Shown: positions 37,218-46,212 of the stretch, in pieces
Layout: every line of letters starts with the position of its first letter
Position numbering within the stretch: the stretch's first letter is position 1
Assembly: GCA_040222015.1 (NCBI GenBank)
Contig: JAVJWO010000142.1
Location: 1-49,530, forward strand
Length of the DNA: 49,530 nt
Direction: 5' to 3'
From: Coleofasciculus chthonoplastes F2-STO-03
Lineage (GTDB): Bacteria; Cyanobacteriota; Cyanobacteriia; Cyanobacteriales; Coleofasciculaceae
Program-made: the position numbers and the translations under genes
Notes under the pieces: generated by a model
What the model was told of the DNA's origin: nothing
The model's input: only the letters and a program-made list of their open reading frames with translations
The model's database searches: none

Positions 37218-39923
37218 CTATTCCCTGTTAGTGAGCCATTCTTCAATCAAGGCGTGATTGCTCTCGCGTTCTGACTTTTTCAGATATTCTAGGGCAATCC
37301 GTACCGCCGCCGGAGAGGTTGGGTAGTCTTGGGCGAGTAACTCTAGAATGCGACGGAGTTGGAGTTTCTCGATGTGCTTGCTGGTAAACCAAGAGAGTGC
37401 GATCGCGGATAGAATTAATCCTAGGATTGGCGGAATCACAGGTATCCACCACCCCTGCAAGAAAGCGAGATAGGCAACTGAGACTAAGACTAAACCCGCG
37501 ATCGCAATCCCCAAAGCCACTTTCTGCAGAGACTGCAACCGCCAACTTAATAATGTACCAATTAAAGACCACAGCAAAACCCACAGCCCCTCTTGCGATT
37601 CACTCCATGTCCGGATTAGTGGACGATTATCCAAGGCGGCGCTCAAAATCTGGCTGGTTAAATTTGCATGAATCACCACACCCGCCATTCCTTGGGGTGT
37701 GCGAGACAAATGTCCACTGTAGGGTGTATAGAAAAAGTCATTCAGGCTGATTGCGATCGCGCCAATTAATATAACTCGTCCAGTAAACCCATTCTCCTCC
37801 TTTAATTCGGCGGGAATTCGATTTTCTAGTAAATCGGTTAGAGAAATCCGGTAAAAATTATCCAATCCGCCACGATAGTTTAATAGTATCTGATAGCCGC
37901 CCGTATTCACCCGGACATAGCCACCATCATTTTTATCTAACGGTGAAAAAATAGCTTGACCTAATTGCCAATCATGTTGCTCTTTAGTTTGGAACTTAAT
38001 TCCTTGGGCTTCTAGATACTGCAATGCTAGTTTTAAACTGAAACTGAGATGAAGTTTATCCGCCAATTGAACAGATATTAACCCTCGGCGGACTTTGCCA
38101 TCTACATCCAATACCATATCCACAAAACCGACTTGTCCCAACTGATTTAAACTTGGAGGAGGATTCACGGAATTGCCCACAACTTTCTCAGCGCCAATTA
38201 GATTCGGAGTGGACTGAAATAGATCCACTAATTCTTGATGCCCGGGTTCGACAGGTAAATCTCGATACACATCTAAACCAATCACACGCGGATTGTCTGC
38301 ATTTAATCGAGTAATTGCCTCTGCTAACACCGCATCGGGGAGGGGCCACTGTCCAACTTGAGTGATATCGTTTTCATCAATGGTGACAATTACAATCCGT
38401 GGATCAGGGGGTTCTAAGGGGCGAACTTGGAAAAACTGATCCAAAACATCCCATTCTAAACCTTGCAACAATCCAGTTAAACGTAACAGAATCACCAGAA
38501 TAGTTATACTTAAACTTATCGCCCCAATCCAGCCACGCCACAGTCTATATCGGATGGGTTCGGTCTTGGCTTGTTTCGTAGCAGATGACAGAATAGAATT
38601 AGCTTTTTCTATTGCTTGGAGAGCATTCTGAATGTCGCGTCGATTTAATTCTTGACTCGCGGCTAAAAAGTGATAATCTAGATCACTCAAACTTTTATCC
38701 TGCGACCAGGTTAATGCCTCTCTTAACGCCTCTCCTTGCAGCAGGTAGGATTGATCCTGTTTTCTGGAGGCAATCCAGGCGTTGAAATCCTCAGCATAAG
38801 GACGCAGGGAAACTAATTTTTTCGTCACCCAGGCTTGATTAAATACTTCTTGATAAATTATATTTTTTACCTGTAATGTTCCCTGATTTTTAACCAATAA
38901 ACCCGACAACAAAAGTTCAGTTACTTCTCGCGAGTCATCTACCTCAATCTCCACACCTTGTAACACCTGCTGATAAATACCCAGCATTCTACCCGTCCGT
39001 TGCCCATTCCCTTGAATGCGATTCTGGATAGTTCTCAAATGTTCCGGATCATCCTGAGACGCCCAGTTAGTAATGATGCGCGATCGCACTAAGTTTTCTA
39101 CCCACTTGTATTCCTGACCTGGCGGGATAACTAGCCTCTCCGGTTCTGTATTTTCTGCCGCTTTCCAGATTAAATTACACAACTTTTGGGTGAGAAATGG
39201 CTGACCAGATGTCCACGCCAAGATTGCCTTAACAATCCTCTCCGGAGTATTAATTTTTTCCTCTAAGCCTTGGATCAGGGGTTGTACTTCCGCGAGTTTA
39301 AACCCTTGCATTTCTATGGCTTGACCAATATTAAAAGAAGTCCGGCTGCGATCGCGAATTAAGTCTGAGGGTGCAGCGACACCAAAGAAGGCAAAGACAA
39401 TCCGATTATAGTCGGGATTAATAGCGCGTTGATTATAGCAAAATCGAATTAAAGCCCAAAAATCATCAATAGGAAAATTAATATTCAGGATTCGATCAAT
39501 TTCATCCATAAAAATGACCAATCGTTCACTGGAGAATTGACCGAGCAAAGCTTCTTCAATAAACTGACGACATCGTTGCAAAAAAGAGATATCTTCTCGC
39601 TCTTTCCACCACGTTTTTAAATGAATTTTTTCCCGCAGATTGAACGCCAACCATAACTGTGTGACAACACCCTTATACCACTGCACAGGCGTCGTATATT
39701 CACCACCAATCGTGGTCATATCCAGAACCCCACAGCGGAATCCTTCGGCTTCCAGACGATACTTAGTTCTGACAAGGAGAGAGGATTTACCCATTTGTCG
39801 AGGGCTAAGGATATGACAAAATTCACCTGCTTTCACCGCCTGATAAAGTTGGGCGTCTGCTTGTCGCACCACATAGGTAGGATCATCATGTCTGAGACTA
39901 CCGCCAACTTGGTAATTTGTCAT
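37218..39923 (-). CDS. AAA-like (AAA_35) NTPase fused to a CHASE2 sensor with TM helices
   Basis: YQVGGSL..YVVRQAD, SPRQMGKSS, IFMDEID; TM; DPRIVIVTIDE..WPLPD..IGLDVYRD..DGKVRR..GVVIHAN; three C-terminal TMs. Confidence 0.93.
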   Translation of the reverse strand: MTNYQVGGSLRHDDPTYVVRQADAQLYQAVKAGEFCHILSPRQMGKSSLLVRTKYRLEAEGFRCGVLDMTTIGGEYTTPVQWYKGVVTQLWLAFNLREKIHLKTWWKEREDISFLQRCRQFIEEALLGQFSSERLVIFMDEIDRILNINFPIDDFWALIRFCYNQRAINPDYNRIVFAFFGVAAPSDLIRDRSRTSFNIGQAIEMQGFKLAEVQPLIQGLEEKINTPERIVKAILAWTSGQPFLTQKLCNLIWKAAENTEPERLVIPPGQEYKWVENLVRSRIITNWASQDDPEHLRTIQNRIQGNGQRTGRMLGIYQQVLQGVEIEVDDSREVTELLLSGLLVKNQGTLQVKNIIYQEVFNQAWVTKKLVSLRPYAEDFNAWIASRKQDQSYLLQGEALREALTWSQDKSLSDLDYHFLAASQELNRRDIQNALQAIEKANSILSSATKQAKTEPIRYRLWRGWIGAISLSITILVILLRLTGLLQGLEWDVLDQFFQVRPLEPPDPRIVIVTIDENDITQVGQWPLPDAVLAEAITRLNADNPRVIGLDVYRDLPVEPGHQELVDLFQSTPNLIGAEKVVGNSVNPPPSLNQLGQVGFVDMVLDVDGKVRRGLISVQLADKLHLSFSLKLALQYLEAQGIKFQTKEQHDWQLGQAIFSPLDKNDGGYVRVNTGGYQILLNYRGGLDNFYRISLTDLLENRIPAELKEENGFTGRVILIGAIAISLNDFFYTPYSGHLSRTPQGMAGVVIHANLTSQILSAALDNRPLIRTWSESQEGLWVLLWSLIGTLLSWRLQSLQKVALGIAIAGLVLVSVAYLAFLQGWWIPVIPPILGLILSAIALSWFTSKHIEKLQLRRILELLAQDYPTSPAAVRIALEYLKKSERESNHALIEEWLTNRE

Positions 39924-40103
39924 TTGTTATTCGTCATTTGTCTTATGTCATTTGTCATTTGTCATTTGTCATTTGTCATTTGTCAATAAATAGTTATAGT
40001 TATATTGTAGGGGCGGGTTTAGGGACTAAATTCAGCTATTCACCGATAACGGAAAAACAAAACCCGCCCTCCCCACCGATAACGGAAAAACAAAACCCGC
40101 CCT
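39916..40103. repeat. STRR array plus REPIN-like element with duplicated right arm
   Basis: (gtcattt)n at 39916-39985; gtaggggcgggttt at 40007; 30 bp caccgataacggaaaaacaaaacccgccct at 40041 and 40074. Confidence 0.9.
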
Positions 40104-40520
40104 TATTAATAGGTCAGTATAACTTCTTGAATATAAAAATTAAAATATATAAAAAATCATAAAAATTGAGCAGTTTTGTAAATTTGAGTTGAAAAGCATC
40201 AATGAGACATTTTGTCAATTCCTAAAAATTGGTTAGTTGACCAGAACCTGGAGTAAGGAGGTTAATGGAAATTAATCCAACGATATTAATTTTTGTAAAT
40301 ATACTTCAAACCCTTACATAAGACATAAGATAATCCCCAGGGTTAACTGTAATTTTTCCCACCTACCTATCTGTCTATTGTGGCATAAAGACCATTATCT
40401 TGTCGGGTGAGCCAACCAACTCCGCAAGAGTAGATTCACAGATGTATGGATGCTGCCAAAGTCTGTCAGCTTGCCTCACAATAGAAATAGGATAGCAGCA
40501 ATCACGACAGGGACTCTACT

Positions 40521-43500
40521 ATGACTAGGGGTGAACACATAAAGCAACGGTGGGAGCAATGGCGCTCACATCGGCTACCTCAAAAACCTCGAATTTCCTA
40601 TCTAGGCGCATTTATTTTAACACTAGTCAGTTGCCTACTCGTCTACACGGTATCTGGTTCAGCTCAATCCCCAGTCGCGCCAGCTTCATCGTCACTGGTA
40701 GAAATCACTCAGGGATGGCAATATCATTGGGGTGATTTTTCTCAACAACAACCCAGGGTTTTAGAAGGGACGCCGAATCCGATATTTTCTGAACAATGGC
40801 AGTCATTTCAGTTTCCCGGAAAAATCCAAAAACCAAGCCATAAAAATGCCCAGATTCTGTGGTTGCGTGTTCCCTTACCCGCTGGAGAATGGCACTCCCC
40901 GACTCTCTATTTTGGCGCTGTACCTTATATATTAGATGTATATTTAGGAGAGCAACATCTCTATAATCAATGGTCACTCAATGCTGCCAATCAAGCCACA
41001 ATAACAGACTATCAATTGCCACTCGTTCAACTTGAGCCAGGATTTCAGCATCAAACTCTCTTGTTTCGGGTGTATGTCGGAGAAAATGCTTCAATTTATA
41101 TCGGATTATTTGATCGCGTTGTCTTGGGTAATAATAATGCTGTAATTAAACGTTTTTTTCAACAACAAAGCCATACATTACTCGGCATTCTATTTTTTGC
41201 GTTAGGATTAATTATTCTGGGATTGTCTTTAAGCCGCCCCGAAAAAAAATCATACTTTTACTTTGGTATTTTAACAACAATGATCGGGATATATACCCTA
41301 TCGCGGTCTTTTTTTATCCCTATCTTTATTAATCATCTAGAAGCACTACGGTTCTGGGAATATACATCATTTTATTTGATACCTGTAAGTGGTTGCTTGT
41401 TCTTTCAAGAAATGTTTAAGATGAGATGCCAGTCTATTATTCGCCATCTCTGGAAAATTCATCTGGCTTATGCGGTAGCCGCGTTAACCTTAGTCACCAC
41501 TCACACCTTTTCTTGGAGTCAAACCGTCACTTTGGCTCAATTCTTGTTTTTAGCCAGTGCGATAATGATTTTAACCAAGGCGGTGCAAATTTCTCTGACG
41601 GGTAACGTTGAAGCCAAACTCTTTACATTAGGGTTTGGTCTGCTTACTCTATCTGCCATGAATGATATTTTGATTTATCGCCTAGAGTGGGTAAATTGGT
41701 ATCAAAAACTTTATCCTTGGGGAACATTAATTTTTATTCTTACGTTAGGCGTTATGTTAGAGCGTCAATTTATTCAAGCGCGTAACCTGCTGCAAAACTA
41801 TGCCATAGAATTAGAAACTAAAAATACTGCATTAAAACGACTCGATCAGCTTAAGGATGAATTTTTAGCGAACACGTCTCATGAACTCAAAACTCCCTTG
41901 AATGGAATTATTGGCATTGCCGAATCATTGATTGATGGAGTAACGGGAAACCTATCAGATCCGACTCTGTTTAACTTGTCGCTGATTGTTTCCAGTGGCA
42001 GACGATTGCACCAGTTGGTTAATGATTTACTCGATTTCTCGCAACTCAAACACCATAACCTGCAACTGAATATTAAACCCGTCGGAATTCGAGAAGTTAC
42101 CCATGTGGTTTTAACCATTTCTCAACCGCTGGTGGGTAAGAAACCGATCGAGTTAATCAATGGCATTAATCCGGATATTCCCCCGGTTGATGCTGATGAA
42201 AATCGTGTCCAGCAGATTTTGTACAATTTGGTGAGTAATGCAATTAAGTTTACGGAACAGGGAACAATTGAAGTTTCCGCGACGCCAGTCAATGATAGGC
42301 TGGAAATCCATGTAATTGACACCGGAATTGGTATTACAGCGGACAAAATCGACCGCATTTTTGAATCCTTTGAACAAGCCGATGGTTCCATTGCTCGCCA
42401 CTATGGAGGAACAGGTTTAGGTTTAGCCATTACCAAACAACTGGTTGAACTACATGGTGGGATAATTAAGGTTGAGTCTACGCCAGGAGTGGGGTCACGC
42501 TTTACCTTTACCCTACCTTTATCTCAGGGTAAGGTTGATTATCAATCCTCCATCGAAGTCTCTAAGGTGCAAGATTATACACCGCGAACCGTTAGCCCCG
42601 ATCGCATTATCATCGCTCAAGAGATGGCGGTTACTCCAGAGGGAACATTCCACATTTTAATTGTAGATGATGAACCCACAAATCTTCAGGTAATTGTCAA
42701 TCATCTATCATTGCAAAATTATGCGATTACCCAAGCGTCTAGTGCCTTGGAAGCGTTAGAGTTGATTCGCTTAGGGTTCAAACCGGATCTGATTTTGCTC
42801 GATATAATGATGCCGCAGATGACAGGGTATGAACTGTGTAAAAAACTGCGGGAACAATTTCTCCCCAATGAACTACCGATTGTCTTGTTAACGGCGAAAA
42901 ACCAGATTTCTGATTTGGTGGAGGGATTTGCAGTTGGAGCGAATGATTATTTAACCAAGCCTGTGTTAAAAAATGAACTATTAGCCCGAATTAAAACCCA
43001 TCTCCGCTTAGCTAAAATCAATGCCGCTTACGGAAGGTTTGTCCCTTATGAGTTTCTGCAATTTTTGGAACGAGAAAGTATTGTGGATGTGCAATTAGGG
43101 GATCAGGTGCAAAAAGAAATGTCTATTTTATTTGCCGATATTCGTTCGTTTACCAGTTTGTCGGAACAATTATCACCGAAAGCAAATTTTGACTTTCTGA
43201 ATTCATATTTAGGTCGCGTGAGTCCTGTAATTCGCCATTATCGCGGGTTTATTGATAAATATATTGGTGATGCGGTGATGGCATTATTTCCCCATATACC
43301 TGATGATGCACTACAGGCAGCAATTGAGATGCAACAGCAAGTCAGTTTGTATAACGCTCATCGTCAAACCTGTGGGTATGAACCGATTGCGATTGGAATT
43401 GGTTTGCATACGGGGAGTTTGATGTTGGGAACGGTGGGAGAGTCTCAGCGAATGGATACCACGGTGATTTCAGATGCGGTGAATTTGGCATCGCGTTTGG

Positions 43501-43871
43501 AGGGGTTAACTAAGATTTTTGGGGTGGAGATTTTAATTAGCGAAGCAACGTTAAATGGGTTGACAAATGCTCACCATTATAGTTATCGTTTCTTGGGTCT
43601 AGTAACCGTGAAAGGAAAACGCCAACCGATCGCGATCTTTGAGGTGTTTGATGGTAACCCGCCGCCACTGATTGAATTGAAGCGACAAACTCGGACGGAG
43701 TTTGAACGGGGGGTGCATCTGTATGTGGAGAAAGAGTATACCCAAGCGCAGCAGATTTTCACTCAACTGTGGCAATGGGACGATCGCGATCGCGTGGTTC
43801 AATTTTACCAGCAGCGTTGTCAGCAAGCCGAGCGATCTGGAGTCTCGGAGGTGGATATTATTATTCGGTAG
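40521..43871 (+). CDS. 7TM-DISM-like membrane hybrid histidine kinase, receiver and class III adenylate cyclase
   Basis: Extracellular beta domain, ~7 TMs, SHELKTPL H-box, N/G1/F/G2 boxes, ILIVDD..LLDIMMP receiver, FADIRSFT/DKYIGDAVM/VNLASRLE cyclase. Confidence 0.93.
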   Translation: MTRGEHIKQRWEQWRSHRLPQKPRISYLGAFILTLVSCLLVYTVSGSAQSPVAPASSSLVEITQGWQYHWGDFSQQQPRVLEGTPNPIFSEQWQSFQFPGKIQKPSHKNAQILWLRVPLPAGEWHSPTLYFGAVPYILDVYLGEQHLYNQWSLNAANQATITDYQLPLVQLEPGFQHQTLLFRVYVGENASIYIGLFDRVVLGNNNAVIKRFFQQQSHTLLGILFFALGLIILGLSLSRPEKKSYFYFGILTTMIGIYTLSRSFFIPIFINHLEALRFWEYTSFYLIPVSGCLFFQEMFKMRCQSIIRHLWKIHLAYAVAALTLVTTHTFSWSQTVTLAQFLFLASAIMILTKAVQISLTGNVEAKLFTLGFGLLTLSAMNDILIYRLEWVNWYQKLYPWGTLIFILTLGVMLERQFIQARNLLQNYAIELETKNTALKRLDQLKDEFLANTSHELKTPLNGIIGIAESLIDGVTGNLSDPTLFNLSLIVSSGRRLHQLVNDLLDFSQLKHHNLQLNIKPVGIREVTHVVLTISQPLVGKKPIELINGINPDIPPVDADENRVQQILYNLVSNAIKFTEQGTIEVSATPVNDRLEIHVIDTGIGITADKIDRIFESFEQADGSIARHYGGTGLGLAITKQLVELHGGIIKVESTPGVGSRFTFTLPLSQGKVDYQSSIEVSKVQDYTPRTVSPDRIIIAQEMAVTPEGTFHILIVDDEPTNLQVIVNHLSLQNYAITQASSALEALELIRLGFKPDLILLDIMMPQMTGYELCKKLREQFLPNELPIVLLTAKNQISDLVEGFAVGANDYLTKPVLKNELLARIKTHLRLAKINAAYGRFVPYEFLQFLERESIVDVQLGDQVQKEMSILFADIRSFTSLSEQLSPKANFDFLNSYLGRVSPVIRHYRGFIDKYIGDAVMALFPHIPDDALQAAIEMQQQVSLYNAHRQTCGYEPIAIGIGLHTGSLMLGTVGESQRMDTTVISDAVNLASRLEGLTKIFGVEILISEATLNGLTNAHHYSYRFLGLVTVKGKRQPIAIFEVFDGNPPPLIELKRQTRTEFERGVHLYVEKEYTQAQQIFTQLWQWDDRDRVVQFYQQRCQQAERSGVSEVDIIIR

Positions 43872-44132
43872 TGATTGTTAGGATTGCTGGGATTATCGGG
43901 GTTGTAGTGTTGAGGTGATTGTGTCTCATCCAGTTCCATTTCCGGATATACCGTAGGGTGGGCATTGCCCACCAGCCTTAAACAGCGTGCCATTCGGATT
44001 AAGTGCGATCGCATCTTCCATTTCTGGCTGTTTTACTGATGGTAAGCGATCGCGTTAGGGTAAGGTGAGCGATCGCTCATTCGGTATAATCACGCTATAA
44101 TTCAGATTAACCCTGATTTCTACCTTTCCTTA

Positions 44133-44549
44133 ATGCCTGCTAAAGATGTTTACCATAATGTTGTCAAAACAGCTTTAGTCAAGGAGGGTTGGACAATTAC
44201 AGCAGACCCTTACACGATTAAGTATGAAGAACTCCAGTTATTTGCCGATTTAGGGGCTGGCAGAACGGTTATAGCCCAGAGACACCAACAAGAAATTATT
44301 GTTGAAATCAAGAGTTTTATTGGTCGATCTTTGATTAGGGATTTAGAGAATGCTTTGGGACAGTACATTATATATAGAACGTTGCTGTCTGTTACTAATC
44401 CGAGTTATAAAGTCTATTTGGCAATTAGCCAGGATGTTTATGAAAACTTTTTTGGGCAAGTCGCTATTCAGTTGATTGTTCAACAAAATCAGGTTGCTCT
44501 GATTGTGGTCAACATAGAAGCTGAGGAGGTTACCCAATGGATAAGCTGA
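44133..44549 (+). CDS. xisH: XisH family protein
   Basis: MPAKDVYH..GWTITADP..ADLGA..VEIKSF..ALGQY. Confidence 0.95.
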   Translation: MPAKDVYHNVVKTALVKEGWTITADPYTIKYEELQLFADLGAGRTVIAQRHQQEIIVEIKSFIGRSLIRDLENALGQYIIYRTLLSVTNPSYKVYLAISQDVYENFFGQVAIQLIVQQNQVALIVVNIEAEEVTQWIS

Positions 44550-44878
44550 ACCACTATCGAGATTTAATTAAAAGAATTTTGACTCAATATCATCAATTTG
44601 CGGCTCAAACTCCTAGCGCTGGCTTGGAAAGCTTGCTGGCTTTCGACGAAACGCGAGATCAATACCTTTGGTTTCAAACGGGTTGGAGGCAAAAAAAAAG
44701 AGTTCGGGGGATTACTGTTCATATTCAGATTAAAAATGATAAAATTTGGATCGAAGAAGATTGGACAGAAGTAGGTATAGCCAATGAATTATTAAATTTA
44801 GGAGTTCCTTCTGGTGATATTGTTTTAGGTTTTCATCCGCCAGACGTGCGTCAATTTACCGAATTTGCGTTAGCTTAG
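44537..44878 (+). CDS. xisI: XisI family protein
   Basis: MDKLNHYR..FDETRDQY..GW..KIWIEEDWTE..IVLGFHPP. Confidence 0.95.
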   Translation: MDKLNHYRDLIKRILTQYHQFAAQTPSAGLESLLAFDETRDQYLWFQTGWRQKKRVRGITVHIQIKNDKIWIEEDWTEVGIANELLNLGVPSGDIVLGFHPPDVRQFTEFALA

Positions 44879-45532
44879 CTTACCCAAGGTATCACTTAAG
44901 TTTGAGGGGTTCTGTGCAAAGACAATTAAGATAATCGGCTTATTTGTGGAAACCCTGATTTCCTGAATGAATGTAATCCTAATTAGTTATTTAAGCTTGA
45001 AGCAAGGATAAGGATTTATTGTTGATAAATTCACTAATGATCAGCTCTGAAAATAAGTTCGACCTAAAAAAGACATTATTTTGTTGGAAACACAAAAAAA
45101 GACAAGAAACCTGCTTTATTTTGGGTGGACAGATTCATGACTAGAAAGGTAATCAACTTTTCGGTACATCTACCTGGTCACGGTGCAAGGGTTTTGTTAA
45201 ATTTTACCAGATTTCCTGGGAGCTGAGCAACTCTTAATGCCGCTCAAAGCCTTGATGAATAAGGGTTTTGGCTTTTTGCAGCAAGCCCTAATTATTCTCA
45301 ATAAGCTCTCATCTTAATTCAAGACTATTCAATGGTGGTTGGAAAACCTTTTCCCCTGCACCCCTGCGCCTCTGCACCTGGGATCTCCAACCTGTTTTCG
45401 GACAGATCAGGATAACTTCCAGAGATTTGCGGTGTTCAATTGCCTAGGGCAGAAAATATTATTGAAGTATACAGCATCACATCTCAAGAGCTGGAGAGTT
45501 TTACTTTAGTCAAAACACACAGGGGTTAATCT

Positions 45533-45952
45533 ATGAAACGCTCTATCGGTCAAAAAGCCACAATTAATGTTTGTTCCACCATACACTGTCCCTTTTTCGA
45601 TAGTCAATGTTCTGTATCTGAAAGTTGTCCCAAGTATTATGAATCCTATCACTGTCATCTAGCCAGTGTCTTTGCCTTTCATTCGGATGGACATTGGTTG
45701 TTTACCGCCAATGAACATGAACTGCGCCATATCCAACAAGTTAACGATAGCTGGATTACTCACTATCGTTCTATTCTAGGGCAACACGGAGATAGGCAAG
45801 ACAATACACCGACAGGAACCCAGCGACTTTCTCCCCAGTGCGACTATCCGCATATCGAGAATGATGCTTTCCAAAATTCGCCGGAAATGACTCAGAAAAT
45901 CTCCCCAATCAGTATTAGCCTGCTCGATGCTATTGAATTTGAGGACTATTAA
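45533..45952 (+). CDS. Hypothetical protein with Cys/His-rich N-terminus
   Basis: 139 aa ATG ORF with AGGGG upstream; C-x4-CPF-x4-C-x5-C-x7-HC. Confidence 0.6.
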   Translation: MKRSIGQKATINVCSTIHCPFFDSQCSVSESCPKYYESYHCHLASVFAFHSDGHWLFTANEHELRHIQQVNDSWITHYRSILGQHGDRQDNTPTGTQRLSPQCDYPHIENDAFQNSPEMTQKISPISISLLDAIEFEDY

Positions 45953-46154
45953 CATTGAAGCCCTGACTAGAAGCTAGTTATAGACATTCAGCAACATCGC
46001 GCGATCGCAAGCTTGTCATAGCGTTGTGACAAGGCTGTCACAGATAGGGATTATGCTGATATAGAGGAGTTGAGATTCCTTTCGATAATGAACGACACCG
46101 CCTTCCAAGTCACCTTGGGAGGCATTCCTATAGCGATAAGATTACTTGATTATT

Positions 46155-46188
46155 CAAAAAAGCCCCCCACAAGTGCAAGGGACTTTTG
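46155..46188 (-). terminator. Possible intrinsic terminator downstream of ilvB
   Basis: Minus strand aaaagtcccttgcacttgtggggggctttttt: G-U-containing stem followed by a U run. Confidence 0.5.
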
Positions 46189-46212
46189 ACTATCCAATTT
46201 TCCACTAACTGA

